DNA of 64,000 nt from a virus (IMGVR_UViG_2929701070_000001:1-64000), one strand, 5' to 3'; positions 1 to 9,838 are shown, counted from the first letter of the stretch. Notes: generated by a model from the letters alone, not told the origin. Numbers and translations: made by a program.

Positions 1-324
1 TCAGTCTCCTTGATCGTTCGACGGGTTTGCGGGTTGGACCAGCTCGTTGTCGTCGCCGGCCAGCCACGTCACCCGGTCCGGGTCGAACCGCAGCACGTCC
101 GGCAGGTTCGTGTGCATGCCGTGCGGGCCGCGTACCCGGCAGGCGAGCACCGCGCCGGTGGGAGCGGCATACCGGGACGGGCACGGGTTGGGGTCGCCGA
201 ACCGGTCGGCGCACTCGCCGCGTTCGTTCTCGAAGCAGCCGCGTCCGGGGTGCAGGGCGGTGGTGTGCGCTCGGATGACGTCCTGCATGGCGGCGGCAAG
301 TTCGGCAGCGTTGCTCACGGTCAC
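1..324 (-). CDS. hypothetical protein
   Basis: GTGA overlap with upstream gene; 3' part of ORF 1..1269 reads as protein-like. Confidence 0.55.
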   Translation of the reverse strand: MTVSNAAELAAAMQDVIRAHTTALHPGRGCFENERGECADRFGDPNPCPSRYAAPTGAVLACRVRGPHGMHTNLPDVLRFDPDRVTWLAGDDNELVQPANPSNDQGD

Positions 325-626
325 AGCCCCGGCAGGGTCGGTTCGGCTGCGGTCGTGTCGGCGGGCGGCAGGATCAGCCGCAGCCCGGCCAGTACCCCGT
401 CCAGGTCGGAGGCGCCAGCTACCGCCCCCGGCTGGCATAAACGCACGGCGGCGGCCGGCGGCAGGGTGGACGGCTGGAACTCCAGGGATCCGTGCACATC
501 GGTCAGTTCGGCGAGGCGGTGCATGTCGGTGTCCCGGTCGCCGGCGGTCGGGTAGGGGCCGATGATGTTGATGTCGTTGAGGTCGTCGTGATCGCCGCAG
601 TAGTTGATGACGCGGATCGTGTGCAT
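321..626 (-). CDS. hypothetical protein
   Basis: GGAGG SD before ATG; operon packing. Confidence 0.7.
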   Translation of the reverse strand: MHTIRVINYCGDHDDLNDINIIGPYPTAGDRDTDMHRLAELTDVHGSLEFQPSTLPPAAAVRLCQPGAVAGASDLDGVLAGLRLILPPADTTAAEPTLPGL

Positions 627-641
627 GTCGGATGCCTCCGT

Positions 642-953
642 TCAGGTGAGGGCGCCGCGGGCGGCGTATCCGGCGCGGAGGGTGGCGAGGACGGCGTTGG
701 TGACGGCGATGACGTCCCGAAGATTCGGGTTGCGCTGCACGTCGTCGTGCCAGGCGGACACGTGCCACGTGGTCTGGGTGATCAGAAAGTTGCCGCCGGG
801 CCCGAGCGAGCCCCGGAACGGGTAGTCGTCGCACTGCCAAGTCGTCTGGTACAGGACGAACTCGTCGCGGCCGTCGGGGCTGGCACCGGCGTGCTGCACC
901 AGTACGTCGTAGATGGCGGCGGCCTGGCCGGCGGGCAGGGTGAGGTCGGTCAT
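642..953 (-). CDS. hypothetical protein
   Basis: GAGGAG SD; operon packing. Confidence 0.75.
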   Translation of the reverse strand: MTDLTLPAGQAAAIYDVLVQHAGASPDGRDEFVLYQTTWQCDDYPFRGSLGPGGNFLITQTTWHVSAWHDDVQRNPNLRDVIAVTNAVLATLRAGYAARGALT

Positions 954-962
954 CGGTGCTCC

Positions 963-1466
963 TCAGCGGTTGGTGGCGGCGAATGCCTCGATCTGGTCCA
1001 GGTGGTCGGGCTGCAACCCGGTGGAGCCCTTCGGCCGGATGAGCAGTGCTCGCCCGTCGGCGATCAGCTCGTCGTGGATCTCGCCGTACAGGGGGACCTC
1101 GGTGTCGTCGGTCCAGATGAGTCGGCGCCCTTCGGCGAGTACCTGCCGTGCGGCGGCCAGCTTCGCCGCAGGTGCCTCCGTCTTGACGGGGGTGGTGAAT
1201 GCCCGCTCGAACACGGGTAGCGCCCATAGCCGTTCCAGAGCGTCGGCGTCGGCGCACCAGGTGGTGCACCAGCGGACCTCAATGGTGCCGGTCTTGTGCA
1301 GGTTGCGGATGCGGTCGATCAGTGGGGGCGCCCACCGCATCGTGTACTCGTAGGCATCGGAGGCGGACCAGCATCCACGTTTGCGGGGCGGGCCACCCCA
1401 GCCTGGGCGGGAGGCGTTGATAACGCCATCCACGTCGAGCAGCCACACCGGCGGCAGAGTGGTCAC
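963..1466 (-). CDS. HAD-superfamily phosphatase (Swiss-Army-Knife RNA-repair-like)
   Basis: LLDVDGVIN motif I, WCTTW motif II, WTDD motif IV, C-terminal GL. Confidence 0.85.
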   Translation of the reverse strand: MTTLPPVWLLDVDGVINASRPGWGGPPRKRGCWSASDAYEYTMRWAPPLIDRIRNLHKTGTIEVRWCTTWCADADALERLWALPVFERAFTTPVKTEAPAAKLAAARQVLAEGRRLIWTDDTEVPLYGEIHDELIADGRALLIRPKGSTGLQPDHLDQIEAFAATNR

Positions 1467-1675
1467 GGCTGGTCCTCATCGGGAAGGGCAGCGACGGCGA
1501 GGATGCCCTGCTCGACGGCGTACATGATGTTCTGCCAGCAGGTGGTGAAGCAGATGTCGCGGTGCCCGGAGTCTTGGTGGTCTTGGGGGGCGATCTTCCA
1601 TACCTCGCGGCCGATCGCCGCCCACACGTCGTCCCATGTGATCTCCTGCTCGGCAGGCTGGCTGGTCCGCGTCAT
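1463..1675 (-). CDS. hypothetical protein
   Basis: AGGAG SD; overlapping start/stop. Confidence 0.55.
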   Translation of the reverse strand: MTRTSQPAEQEITWDDVWAAIGREVWKIAPQDHQDSGHRDICFTTCWQNIMYAVEQGILAVAALPDEDQP

Positions 1676-2286
1676 CGGCGCTCCTGGAGGTTGAGAGCCG
1701 CCCAGTGGTCGGCGGCGTCGTTGCGGATGATGAGTCGGTGGTTGGCGTACACCTGCCAGCCGAAGTCGGTCAGCGTGTATTCGCGGCTGTATCCGTGGTC
1801 GACCACCTCGCCCTCGGCGAGGATGCCTTTCGCTACGAGGGACAGCACGGTTTGTCGCCAGGCGGCGTCCCCGGAGAAGTGGCCGAGCGGCCCGAGGGTC
1901 TTGCCGCCGTGCGCGGCGGCGATCTCGATGCGTTCGGCCTGCTGCTCGGACAGGCGCACACCCTTCGGCGTGACCGGCTTCTGCGCCTTGGCAGGGATCG
2001 GCTTCGCCGTAGCCTCCGCCTCGGCCACATGGTCGGCGGGTGCCTCCCACGGCAGGCAGCGCTGCCGCCACACGAGCTCGCCGTACTGCTGGCGCTGCTG
2101 GTCGGTCCAGTGGGCGGTGCGGTCGCGGCGTGCCTTGTGGGTGAACACCGTGGCGTAGTTGCCGCCGCCCGTGGACTGGCACTCCGCGCCGAACCCGCTG
2201 CCGCACTTCGGGCACTTCACCGCTTGGTCAGCCAGGTAGTAGGCGCGCATGCGCTGGTAGTCGGTGAGTTCGACGGTGACGGTCAC
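1672..2286 (-). CDS. Zn-finger protein, possible C-terminal winged helix
   Basis: CPKC...C...H pattern; TVLSLVAKGIL...YTLTDFG wHTH-like end. Confidence 0.65.
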   Translation of the reverse strand: MTVTVELTDYQRMRAYYLADQAVKCPKCGSGFGAECQSTGGGNYATVFTHKARRDRTAHWTDQQRQQYGELVWRQRCLPWEAPADHVAEAEATAKPIPAKAQKPVTPKGVRLSEQQAERIEIAAAHGGKTLGPLGHFSGDAAWRQTVLSLVAKGILAEGEVVDHGYSREYTLTDFGWQVYANHRLIIRNDAADHWAALNLQERR

Positions 2287-2474
2287 TGGTCGGCGCTCCC
2301 AGGCCGGGCGAGGCAGGTGGGGGAGCAGAAGTCCCGGCCGCCGGGCTCGCTGACGATCCATCCGCAGTTTCGGTGGGCGTGCCAGCGAACCTGTCCGGCG
2401 TTTCCGTTCCAGATCAGCGCGCTGTCACAACCGGCGCCGTTGCAGCGGAGTTCGGTAACCCGGTGGACGGTCAT
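2283..2474 (-). CDS. small Cys-rich protein
   Basis: CNGAGC...GW...DFCSPTC pattern; SD GGAGG. Confidence 0.6.
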   Translation of the reverse strand: MTVHRVTELRCNGAGCDSALIWNGNAGQVRWHAHRNCGWIVSEPGGRDFCSPTCLARPGSADQ

Positions 2475-2890
2475 GGCTTTGCCTCCACTGCGGATGCCTG
2501 GGTGTACTTGGTGGCAACCTGTTGGCGGATGCGCTCGATGCGCTCGTCGCTGAGGCCGTAGCGCTGGGCGTGTTCCTCGGTGACTCCCGAGTCGGGGTCG
2601 TGCTGGAGGGGAGACCAACGGTCGATCGCGGCGGCCAGTTCCCACCGAAAGTCGATGGCGAATGCCTGTGCGGTGGTCAGGGGCCCCTGCGCGGTGAAGT
2701 CGTTGGCGCGGAGCCAAAGGTCCGTTTCGCGTCGGCTTCGGCCGTTGGTGCGCTCAGCCTCGCTGAGGTCGCGCCGGAATGCTGCGATGGCGGCGCGCTG
2801 GTTCGGCGCTTCGTACAGGTGGCTGCGGCCGACGTTGCTGGCCGCGACCCGCCACCAGCGGCGCTGGTCACCGTTGCCGGTGTCGGCCAT
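2471..2890 (-). CDS. hypothetical protein
   Basis: AAGGAGG SD. Confidence 0.7.
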   Translation of the reverse strand: MADTGNGDQRRWWRVAASNVGRSHLYEAPNQRAAIAAFRRDLSEAERTNGRSRRETDLWLRANDFTAQGPLTTAQAFAIDFRWELAAAIDRWSPLQHDPDSGVTEEHAQRYGLSDERIERIRQQVATKYTQASAVEAKP

Positions 2891-2983
2891 CAGGCACCTC
2901 CTTGGCCGGTGGGCTGTCCACTCACCGCCCCAACATATCATGTGTGACGTGTTGGCGGGCTGTCCACATGTCATACTCGACGC

Positions 2984-3214
2984 ATGAATGGTGACAAGAA
3001 AGACCGGCACCTCGGAAAGCGCACGACCGTCCGCCCATCAACGGACGTGAAGCTCGCCGCCCTGCGGGTGCTGCGCGCCAACGGCTGGACACTCAACGAC
3101 TTCGTGCAGGCGGTCCTGGCGCTGGTCGCCGACAACCCGGCCGAGACGCTGCGAAACGTGGAAGGGTTCCGGCCACCGCGGCGGTCCGGTCGTCGCCAGC
3201 CGGCGGCGCGCTAA
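2984..3214 (+). CDS. small ribbon-helix-helix-like DNA-binding protein
   Basis: RTTVRP strand followed by two helices; divergent from the leftward operon. Confidence 0.5.
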   Translation: MNGDKKDRHLGKRTTVRPSTDVKLAALRVLRANGWTLNDFVQAVLALVADNPAETLRNVEGFRPPRRSGRRQPAAR

Positions 3215-3266
3215 GCCGCATCGGGGGTGCCGTCGCCCTGCTTTATGTCCCGGATACGGTCGGGGC

Positions 3267-3497
3267 ATGACCGATGTGAATGTTTGGTGGGATGGCCTGT
3301 CCGATGACGACCGCAACCTGTTCCTGCAACACCGCGCCACGTCGCCGCTGCCGGCGGAGGTGGTGACCCGCGCCGCGGCGACCGGGCAGCCGACGGCCGG
3401 TGCCGCGTGGGTGTCGTCGCAGCGGGGCGCCACCTTCGAGTGGCCGAGCTGGGTGCGGGAGTTCCTGGAGAAGAAGGCCGCCGAGCAGACTGCATGA
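3267..3497 (+). CDS. hypothetical protein
   Basis: protein-like ORF followed by hairpin 3503-3547. Confidence 0.6.
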   Translation: MTDVNVWWDGLSDDDRNLFLQHRATSPLPAEVVTRAAATGQPTAGAAWVSSQRGATFEWPSWVREFLEKKAAEQTA

Positions 3498-3502
3498 CCG
3501 TG

Positions 3503-3547
3503 GACGGATGGAGCCCCCGACCTCGCGGGTCGCGGGCTCCATCCGCC
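3503..3547. terminator. hairpin, probable terminator
   Basis: CGGATGGAGCCC ... GGGCTCCATCCG inverted repeat. Confidence 0.55.
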
Positions 3548-3617
3548 TTGAGCGATGCCACCGAGGATGATCGTGTCGTAACGGGCTTCGACCCCGGGCG
3601 CCGGATAGAGTCCGCCC

Positions 3618-3965
3618 GTGGCAGAAGGTGGAACGCAGTGGCACTGCGGCGGGAAGCTCACCTTCAACTCCGCCAGCAAAGCCGAACACGCCGCCATGCA
3701 CCAGTCAGGGAAGCACTCGGTGCGCCTCGTCCCGTACATGTGTCGCGGCGGCAGCCACGGCGAGCACTGGCATCTGAGGGACGACACCAAACGGAGCACC
3801 CGAAAGGTGTCTCGGTACTTGAAGCGACACCCCGACAAGGCGCGGGCACGGCGGCAGGCTTGGAAACGTAACCGTCGGGCCCGTGACCGGGAGGCCCGTG
3901 ATCGCCAGGTGCTGCTCGTGGCGCTTCTCAACGCACTTCGGGAGCGGCTGATCCGACTCGGGTAG
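3618..3965 (+). CDS. hypothetical basic protein
   Basis: CGGK...PYMC...HWHL pattern. Confidence 0.5.
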   Translation: MAEGGTQWHCGGKLTFNSASKAEHAAMHQSGKHSVRLVPYMCRGGSHGEHWHLRDDTKRSTRKVSRYLKRHPDKARARRQAWKRNRRARDREARDRQVLLVALLNALRERLIRLG

Positions 3966-3987
3966 GCGGACGGCCTGATGCCGCCGG

Positions 3988-4392
3988 TCAGCGGATGGCG
4001 ATGATCGAGCCGTATATCTGCGACCCGTCGACCAGCACGACACGCACCCCGGCAGGCTTGGTGGAGCCGCCCCACTCGGCGTACGTCTGCACATCCTTCA
4101 CGCCGGGATGCTGCGCGGCGCGGATCACGTCGGCGACTGCTGCCGCCCACGACACCGGGTCGGTCGGGGAGCCTTCCACCGCGGGGGCCGGTGCCGGCTG
4201 CTCCCACTCACCGGTGTACACCGCGCCCGATTCGGCTTTCACCATCTGCATCTGGATCTTGCCGTTGAGGGTGACACCGACTGGTTTCGGGCCGCCGTCG
4301 GTCGACCAGCGGGCGACATCGCCAACCCATGGCTGCGCGGCCAGCGATGCCGCCAGCCAGCCCTCAAAGTCGTGCACGCGCACAGGCAACAC
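3988..4392 (-). CDS. hypothetical protein
   Basis: internal repeat KPVGV / KPAGV; follows the TA pair. Confidence 0.65.
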   Translation of the reverse strand: MLPVRVHDFEGWLAASLAAQPWVGDVARWSTDGGPKPVGVTLNGKIQMQMVKAESGAVYTGEWEQPAPAPAVEGSPTDPVSWAAAVADVIRAAQHPGVKDVQTYAEWGGSTKPAGVRVVLVDGSQIYGSIIAIR

Positions 4393-4398
4393 CTCAGG

Positions 4399-4800
4399 TC
4401 AGGCGGGGAAGTAGATGACGGGCAGGCCCTCGCGCGGCGGGAACGCCTTCATGTCGCTGGCGAGGATGTAGCAGCGGTGCTCGAACGCGGCGACCAGCGC
4501 GGCGGCGGCGTCATACCGGCCAGTCAGCCCCTGCCAGTACGACAGTTCCTCCCAATCCTCACCCCACGTGGTCAGCACCACGCAGCCCGGCTGGGTGATC
4601 AGCCAGTCGAGGGCGACACGTTCGGCGCCGGGAACCACGGCGCGGGCCTCAACCAGCGCGGGTACTGGCACCCCGTAGCGGCTTCCGTTCTCGTTGACCT
4701 GGCCGACTGGTTCGGCGGCGTGCATGGAACCCGCCGCGAAGGCGAGCAGGGCCGTCCGGTCCAAAACCAAGCTGACCGGTACGTCGTCGGGCTCGCTCAC
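4399..4800 (-). CDS. PIN-domain-like toxin (VapC-like)
   Basis: LVLDRTALLA N-terminal strand with Asp, central LVEA, late YDAA and ASD; 133 aa; overlaps a small upstream gene. Confidence 0.55.
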   Translation of the reverse strand: MSEPDDVPVSLVLDRTALLAFAAGSMHAAEPVGQVNENGSRYGVPVPALVEARAVVPGAERVALDWLITQPGCVVLTTWGEDWEELSYWQGLTGRYDAAAALVAAFEHRCYILASDMKAFPPREGLPVIYFPA

Positions 4801-5018
4801 GCGGCGGTGGTGTCGCTTGGCTCGTGGCCGAACATTTCGGCGACGGCCCGCCGCGTGCGGGCCCGTACGGCGTCGAACCGCTCTGGCGGCCAGGCGGCGC
4901 GGGCGTCGGCGAGTGCCTTACGCGCCCACTCCCGCGTTTCGGGGGTGGACACCATGCCGCGGCGGGCCATCTCGGCGCGGAACTCCTCAGCCGGGCTGCG
5001 GGTGGGCTGCTCGTCCAT
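4797..5018 (-). CDS. putative antitoxin
   Basis: 73 aa, GTGA-coupled directly upstream of the PIN-like gene. Confidence 0.5.
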   Translation of the reverse strand: MDEQPTRSPAEEFRAEMARRGMVSTPETREWARKALADARAAWPPERFDAVRARTRRAVAEMFGHEPSDTTAA

Positions 5019-5051
5019 GAGGTCAGGATACGCCTGCGGGGGCGGAACACG

Positions 5052-5087
5052 CCGAAGCCCGACACGCTTGCCGGTGTCGGGCTTCGG
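5052..5087. terminator. hairpin terminator
   Basis: CCGAAGCCCGACAC ... GTGTCGGGCTTCGG perfect 14-bp stem. Confidence 0.65.
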
Positions 5088-5127
5088 TTCACAGGCAGAT
5101 GGGCGGTCAGGTGTTTCAGCGATCAGC

Positions 5128-5664
5128 CTAGGCGTCGGCGAGGATCGCGTTCCAGGCGTCGACCCGCCACACCTGCACGAACGTGGTGCCGTGCCCGTAC
5201 CAGCCGGTGCCGTCCACCGCCACCTGCAACTCCTCGTCGTTGAGTGCGGCCACCTGGGCGAACTGGTCGTTGGACAGGCCGTACGGCTGCGCTACCAGCA
5301 CCGCGGGGCGCCCGTTTCGGGACCAGCGGGTCACGTGGTCGGCCCACCGGCCGAGCGGGTCGCACCGCTGCACCCCGCAGCGCCCTTTCCGTAGCCAGTG
5401 CAGGTTTTGGCAGCGGGTTTCGGCGCGACGCAGCCCGTACTGTTCAGCCCACGACAGCATCTCCATGCGGGACTGCACGTCGATGTTCGGTCCGTACGGC
5501 CAGCCGCGCTCGCCGAGGGTTCTTCCGGCGGCTGCCCGGGCGTCCAGGTCGGCGACGAGCGCCCGGTCTTCGGGCGATGAGTGCCGGAAGCAGCGTTTCC
5601 CGCCGTCGGGGTAGAACAGGCCGTCGTGCTGGCAGCAGTCGGGGGTGGTGGACGATCCGGTCAC
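5128..5664 (-). CDS. hypothetical protein
   Basis: AAGGAG SD before GTG. Confidence 0.7.
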   Translation of the reverse strand: MTGSSTTPDCCQHDGLFYPDGGKRCFRHSSPEDRALVADLDARAAAGRTLGERGWPYGPNIDVQSRMEMLSWAEQYGLRRAETRCQNLHWLRKGRCGVQRCDPLGRWADHVTRWSRNGRPAVLVAQPYGLSNDQFAQVAALNDEELQVAVDGTGWYGHGTTFVQVWRVDAWNAILADA

Positions 5665-5690
5665 AGGGGGTGCTCCTTGCGGGTGGGTGG

Positions 5691-6233
5691 CTACTGCGGG
5701 TGGTGTCCGGTGTCTGCTGCGGCGTCGTCCTCCACCACCTGCGCGGAGGCGGTGACCCGCCACCGCCGGTTGGGGTGCGCCTTCGGCCACGCCAGTTGGA
5801 CGGCCGTGCCGTTCGCCGTGCGGTATGCGGTCACCTCGGGTTGGCCGGGCAGGGCGAGCCCATGCTTGTCGGCCTGCGCGTGTGCTTCGGCGAGCACCGT
5901 GTCGCGGTTGGTGTCCCATGCGGTGCTGGTCGTCTCGAACTGGAACCGTCGTTCCCGGTTGATCCACCGTTGGGCGCGGCGTAGCCCTTCGTCGCGGGTG
6001 TCGGTGATGAACAGGACGTCGTCGTTGAGGGCGGTGACGATGGTTTCGGCTTGGCCGTACTCGTCTTCGTCAGCGACGACGGGAACTTGTTCGCGGCCTT
6101 CGTCGGTGGGGCCGGCGGGTAGCCAACCGACGATGCGTCCGCACGACACTTCTGTTTCTTCGGCGGACACGGCGGTGCACCACAGCGGGTACGGCTGGGG
6201 GGTCATCGGTGGGGCGGAGAGCTGCTCGGTCAC
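5691..6233 (-). CDS. hypothetical protein
   Basis: AGGAGG SD before GTG. Confidence 0.7.
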   Translation of the reverse strand: MTEQLSAPPMTPQPYPLWCTAVSAEETEVSCGRIVGWLPAGPTDEGREQVPVVADEDEYGQAETIVTALNDDVLFITDTRDEGLRRAQRWINRERRFQFETTSTAWDTNRDTVLAEAHAQADKHGLALPGQPEVTAYRTANGTAVQLAWPKAHPNRRWRVTASAQVVEDDAAADTGHHPQ

Positions 6234-6468
6234 GGGGCCTCCTGGCGGGCTGCGAGACAGGCTGCTGGTGCGGGGGCAGGGTGGGGGGTGACCGGCCCGA
6301 CCGCGCTGGTGGTGTTCACGGCGCGGGGAAAGCCGGTTTTGGGCTGGGTGGCGACGGCCGGGGATCCCGGTGCTCGGGGAGCCTACCCGCGGTGGGGTGG
6401 CGGTCGCCACCGTCGCCGGGCGTGTCAGCGTGTCGGGTGGGGCGGCCGGTATGCCGCGCAGGCGACGG

Positions 6469-6744
6469 TCAACGGTGATGGGGTTGGACGGTGATGGGCT
6501 GGTGCAGGTCGATGCGGTTGCAGCACACGTCGAACCCGCCATGCACGCCGCACTCCACCTCACCCGAGGTGGGACAGAACCACCGGTCGCATGGTGTGGC
6601 GGCGTCGATCGCTTCCCCGATCTGCTCGGAGCGTTCCACGATGCGGCGGGCCGTCTCGTCGTCGGTGAGTCCGCGTAGCAGCCGCGCGTCGGGGGTGCCC
6701 AGCGACGACGCGTTGATCAGCCGGCGGATGGGTGACTCAGCCAC
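6469..6744 (-). CDS. hypothetical Cys-rich protein
   Basis: overlap packing; C-terminal Cys/His cluster. Confidence 0.55.
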   Translation of the reverse strand: MAESPIRRLINASSLGTPDARLLRGLTDDETARRIVERSEQIGEAIDAATPCDRWFCPTSGEVECGVHGGFDVCCNRIDLHQPITVQPHHR

Positions 6745-7129
6745 GGCGCACTTCCATGCCTTCCTCGATCGGTTCGAGCAGGTCCCACACCTCGGGCTCC
6801 CGGTCGGCTTCCAGAAGCTCACATGCCCGCGCCAGCAGGTGCCGGGGCAGGATGCCGCGCTGCTCGTACATGAACCCGTCGTAGTCCCAGCGGCCGAAGA
6901 ACGCGTACCCGCCGGCGGCGGACGTGCCGTAAATGTCGGCGCGGTCGAGCCGTCCAGCGGGGTCGGACAGCAGATCGGGGATGACGCCGGGCTGGCGACA
7001 CTGCCAGTCCTCATGCAGCCATTCCAGCGTCTCGGCACGGTCGCCCCACGCGATGGGGCACTCGGTGATCGTGGACCAGATGACGTACAGGTCCCGACCC
7101 TGCTGTGGCTTGACCACGATGCTAGGCAC
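6737..7129 (-). CDS. hypothetical protein
   Basis: GGAGG SD; overlap packing. Confidence 0.7.
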   Translation of the reverse strand: MPSIVVKPQQGRDLYVIWSTITECPIAWGDRAETLEWLHEDWQCRQPGVIPDLLSDPAGRLDRADIYGTSAAGGYAFFGRWDYDGFMYEQRGILPRHLLARACELLEADREPEVWDLLEPIEEGMEVRRG

Positions 7130-7538
7130 GTGCGGCCTCCGCCGGCTTGTTGTAGGCGGTGGCGTGGTGGCGGGCGATCCGCGCAGCCTGCCGTGCCGTC
7201 CGGTTGTCGGGGGCGAAGTGGGTGAGGATCGCATCCCCGATGTCCTCAGCAACCTCGGCGCGAGCCATGCGGATCTGCTTGTCGTGTGGGCTGAGGTAGT
7301 CACCGTCGAGCGCGGCGGCCCGGCCGACGTCGGTGAACCACACCTGGATTGTCTTCGGCGCTACCCCCGACTTCCAGCCCACCAAGCCGAGCTGGGCGAG
7401 ATAGTCGGCGGCCTTCCGGTACGCCGGCCCGGACGGGAACGTCCATAGCGCCTCACCGAGACGGTGCCGGGCGGCGAGCACCTCCAACATCAGGTATTGG
7501 GTGGGCGGCAGGCTGTCTACGTCAATCGGGTCGGTCAC
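7122..7538 (-). CDS. hypothetical protein
   Basis: overlap packing. Confidence 0.7.
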   Translation of the reverse strand: MTDPIDVDSLPPTQYLMLEVLAARHRLGEALWTFPSGPAYRKAADYLAQLGLVGWKSGVAPKTIQVWFTDVGRAAALDGDYLSPHDKQIRMARAEVAEDIGDAILTHFAPDNRTARQAARIARHHATAYNKPAEAARA

Positions 7539-7747
7539 CGGCGGCGCCTCCGCTTCGGCTCGTACGGTGTGACGACTGCAATGGCGATCAGCAACACCAC
7601 CGCGACGGGAGAGAACACCTCCACCAGGATGTCCTGCTCCCGGTCGGTGAACTCGCCTCCGGTGAACGACGCGACGAGGGTGAAGGCGAACAGGGCAACC
7701 ACGGTGAGGACGGTCACGATCCCTACGATCTGGCGGACGACGTTCAC
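7535..7747 (-). CDS. small two-TM membrane protein
   Basis: two hydrophobic stretches, basic tail. Confidence 0.65.
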   Translation of the reverse strand: MNVVRQIVGIVTVLTVVALFAFTLVASFTGGEFTDREQDILVEVFSPVAVVLLIAIAVVTPYEPKRRRRR

Positions 7748-8736
7748 TATTCGGCCTCCACGCGTTCGCTGGAGAGGCCGGCGGCGGCGCGTACCCGCTC
7801 GTCCCGGTCGGGGGCGAACAGGTCGTACACGGTCACCGGCAGGTGGAACGCCACGTCAGCGAGGGTGTCCGGGGCGAGTCGCGCCCACGGGCGCCGCTCC
7901 CGCAGCCACGCCATGCCCTTGTCCCACTTGGCGGCCCAGTTGTCGTCCTCATACCAGCGTTCCTGCCAGTCGGTGACGGCCTGCTGCTCGGCTTCGGTGT
8001 AGTCCTCCCACCGGTCCACCTGCCGGTGCGGGGACGCGAGGTCAGTGGTCGGGTTCGGGAACTGGTCGCACACCGAGTAGGACAGGACGATCGGCTTGTC
8101 GTCGCGGGCACGCAGCAACTCCTGCACCTGCTCCCAGCCCTGCGCGTAGAGTTCCCCGTCGGGTTCGTCGCTATGGCGGATGGCCCGCCGGTAGATGCCC
8201 GCCTTCAACCCCTGGTCGATGATGCCTGCGAGCCACGCCCTGTCGGGTCCTTCCACCCACGCGTGGGACTCACACCAGCCGTGAATCTTCGCCGCCAACC
8301 TGACCGGGTCCGAACCGGCCACGAGAGCGGTGTTCAGCTCGACGTTGCTGGAGTGCAGCTTCACCCCGGCCACATGCAGCTCAACACCGTCCACGCTCAG
8401 TCGGGTCCGCAGGAACCGCACCAGCAGCCGCCGATGCTCGTGGCTGACCGGTCCGCGTAACGGCTGGCCGGGCCGCCACTCCTGGTAGGCGGCCTTGTTG
8501 GCTCGCTGCTCCTGCTGGGCGGCCCGCAGGCCAGTGTGCAGGTAGTTGGATCCGAACTCGCCGTCGGGAACCTCCGGCACCATCGCAAGGATGTGCGTGA
8601 TCCGGTCCACGATGTCGGTGTGGTCAAAGTTCCAGGCGGCTTCGGCGGGGCCGCGGGCAACGTGATTCAGCCATGCCCGTTCGCTGCCACGCAGTTCAGC
8701 GTCACCGCTCGGGCTGTGGAAGTAGACGCGGCTCAT
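7747..8736 (-). CDS. hypothetical protein (329 aa)
   Basis: long protein-like ORF with AGGAGG SD. Confidence 0.8.
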   Translation of the reverse strand: MSRVYFHSPSGDAELRGSERAWLNHVARGPAEAAWNFDHTDIVDRITHILAMVPEVPDGEFGSNYLHTGLRAAQQEQRANKAAYQEWRPGQPLRGPVSHEHRRLLVRFLRTRLSVDGVELHVAGVKLHSSNVELNTALVAGSDPVRLAAKIHGWCESHAWVEGPDRAWLAGIIDQGLKAGIYRRAIRHSDEPDGELYAQGWEQVQELLRARDDKPIVLSYSVCDQFPNPTTDLASPHRQVDRWEDYTEAEQQAVTDWQERWYEDDNWAAKWDKGMAWLRERRPWARLAPDTLADVAFHLPVTVYDLFAPDRDERVRAAAGLSSERVEAE

Positions 8737-9305
8737 GCGGTTGCCTCCTGGTTGAGTTCGCGGCGCAACACCACGATCTCATCGACGGCCCGCGACAGCA
8801 CCGCCCGGATGTCACCGGGCGGGCAGGTGCATGCCTGCGGCAGGCCGGCGTCGCAGTGCCCGCACTGCTCCAGCCAGCGGCCCACCTCCACCAGGTCCAG
8901 CGGCTTGTCCCGGTCGGTCACCGTCGCCGGCATCTGCTGGTCGCCGAGGGTCGGGTCGGCGGTGATGCCGAAGTAGGCGTCCCGCATGCGCTCCCGCACG
9001 ATGGTGCCGTCGGAGATGACGCATCCCTGCTGGATGCGCCCGGACGGGATCACCCGCATGGCCTGGAGTAGCGGCAGCGACAGGTTGCGGCGGATCCGTG
9101 CCCGCTCCACCCGCACGGCCGCGTCGGCGACGACAGCGGCGTCCTGCCGGATCCGGTCCTCGGTGGCGCCGTCCAGCTCGGCCGGCAGTTCCCCCATGAC
9201 GCGTAGCCGCTCGATGAGGGCATCGCCGGCGGCCTGGTACGGGGCGCGCGGGTCGATGCGGCCCGTCACGTCCCCGTTGATGATCGTGGCGGTGGTGTTG
9301 GTCAT
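8733..9305 (-). CDS. hypothetical protein
   Basis: overlap packing; CGHC...CTC. Confidence 0.65.
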   Translation of the reverse strand: MTNTTATIINGDVTGRIDPRAPYQAAGDALIERLRVMGELPAELDGATEDRIRQDAAVVADAAVRVERARIRRNLSLPLLQAMRVIPSGRIQQGCVISDGTIVRERMRDAYFGITADPTLGDQQMPATVTDRDKPLDLVEVGRWLEQCGHCDAGLPQACTCPPGDIRAVLSRAVDEIVVLRRELNQEATA

Positions 9306-9565
9306 CGGGGTGCCCTCTCCGCCCGCATCGCGATGGCGCCAAGGGTGGCGTGGACCTGCGCCGCGGCCAGCATCTCGCGCCGCCGGCCGCGCTTCCACCA
9401 GCCGGACATGGACGCGGACAGTGCACGGTCGGCGAGGTCTTCCGCGCGGCGCGCGTGCCAGTCAGCGGCGAACAGGGTGGGTCCGGTGTTGAAGCCGAGC
9501 CCACCGCCGGAGGTGGCGGCCTGGTGGAGGGAGCCTGCGAGAGGATCGGTGGTCTGGTTAGTCAT
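9302..9565 (-). CDS. hypothetical protein
   Basis: AC-rich leader plus GGAG SD. Confidence 0.6.
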   Translation of the reverse strand: MTNQTTDPLAGSLHQAATSGGGLGFNTGPTLFAADWHARRAEDLADRALSASMSGWWKRGRRREMLAAAQVHATLGAIAMRAERAPR

Positions 9566-9592
9566 GGTGTGCTCCGGTGGTTGGCGGTTGGG

Positions 9593-9838
9593 TCACAGAA
9601 ACAACATCGTGACGCTGGCAATGGCCAGCGCTGCGGCCACAACAGCCGCCACGATGGCCTTCCTGCCTGCGGCATCGGCCTCGTCGGCGAGTCGGACCGC
9701 GTCGGCGGCGTGCGCTTTCGCCTCCGCGGCAAACCGCGCGCCCTCGTCGGCGTGGAACCTGGCCTGGTCGAGATACCGCACCCGGCCGGCGGCCGTGCAC
9801 TCGTCGCAGCACCGCTCGGCGTTGGCCTTGTCGGTCAT
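9593..9838 (-). CDS. small protein with C-terminal TM
   Basis: GGAGG SD; hydrophobic C-terminus. Confidence 0.6.
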   Translation of the reverse strand: MTDKANAERCCDECTAAGRVRYLDQARFHADEGARFAAEAKAHAADAVRLADEADAAGRKAIVAAVVAAALAIASVTMLFL

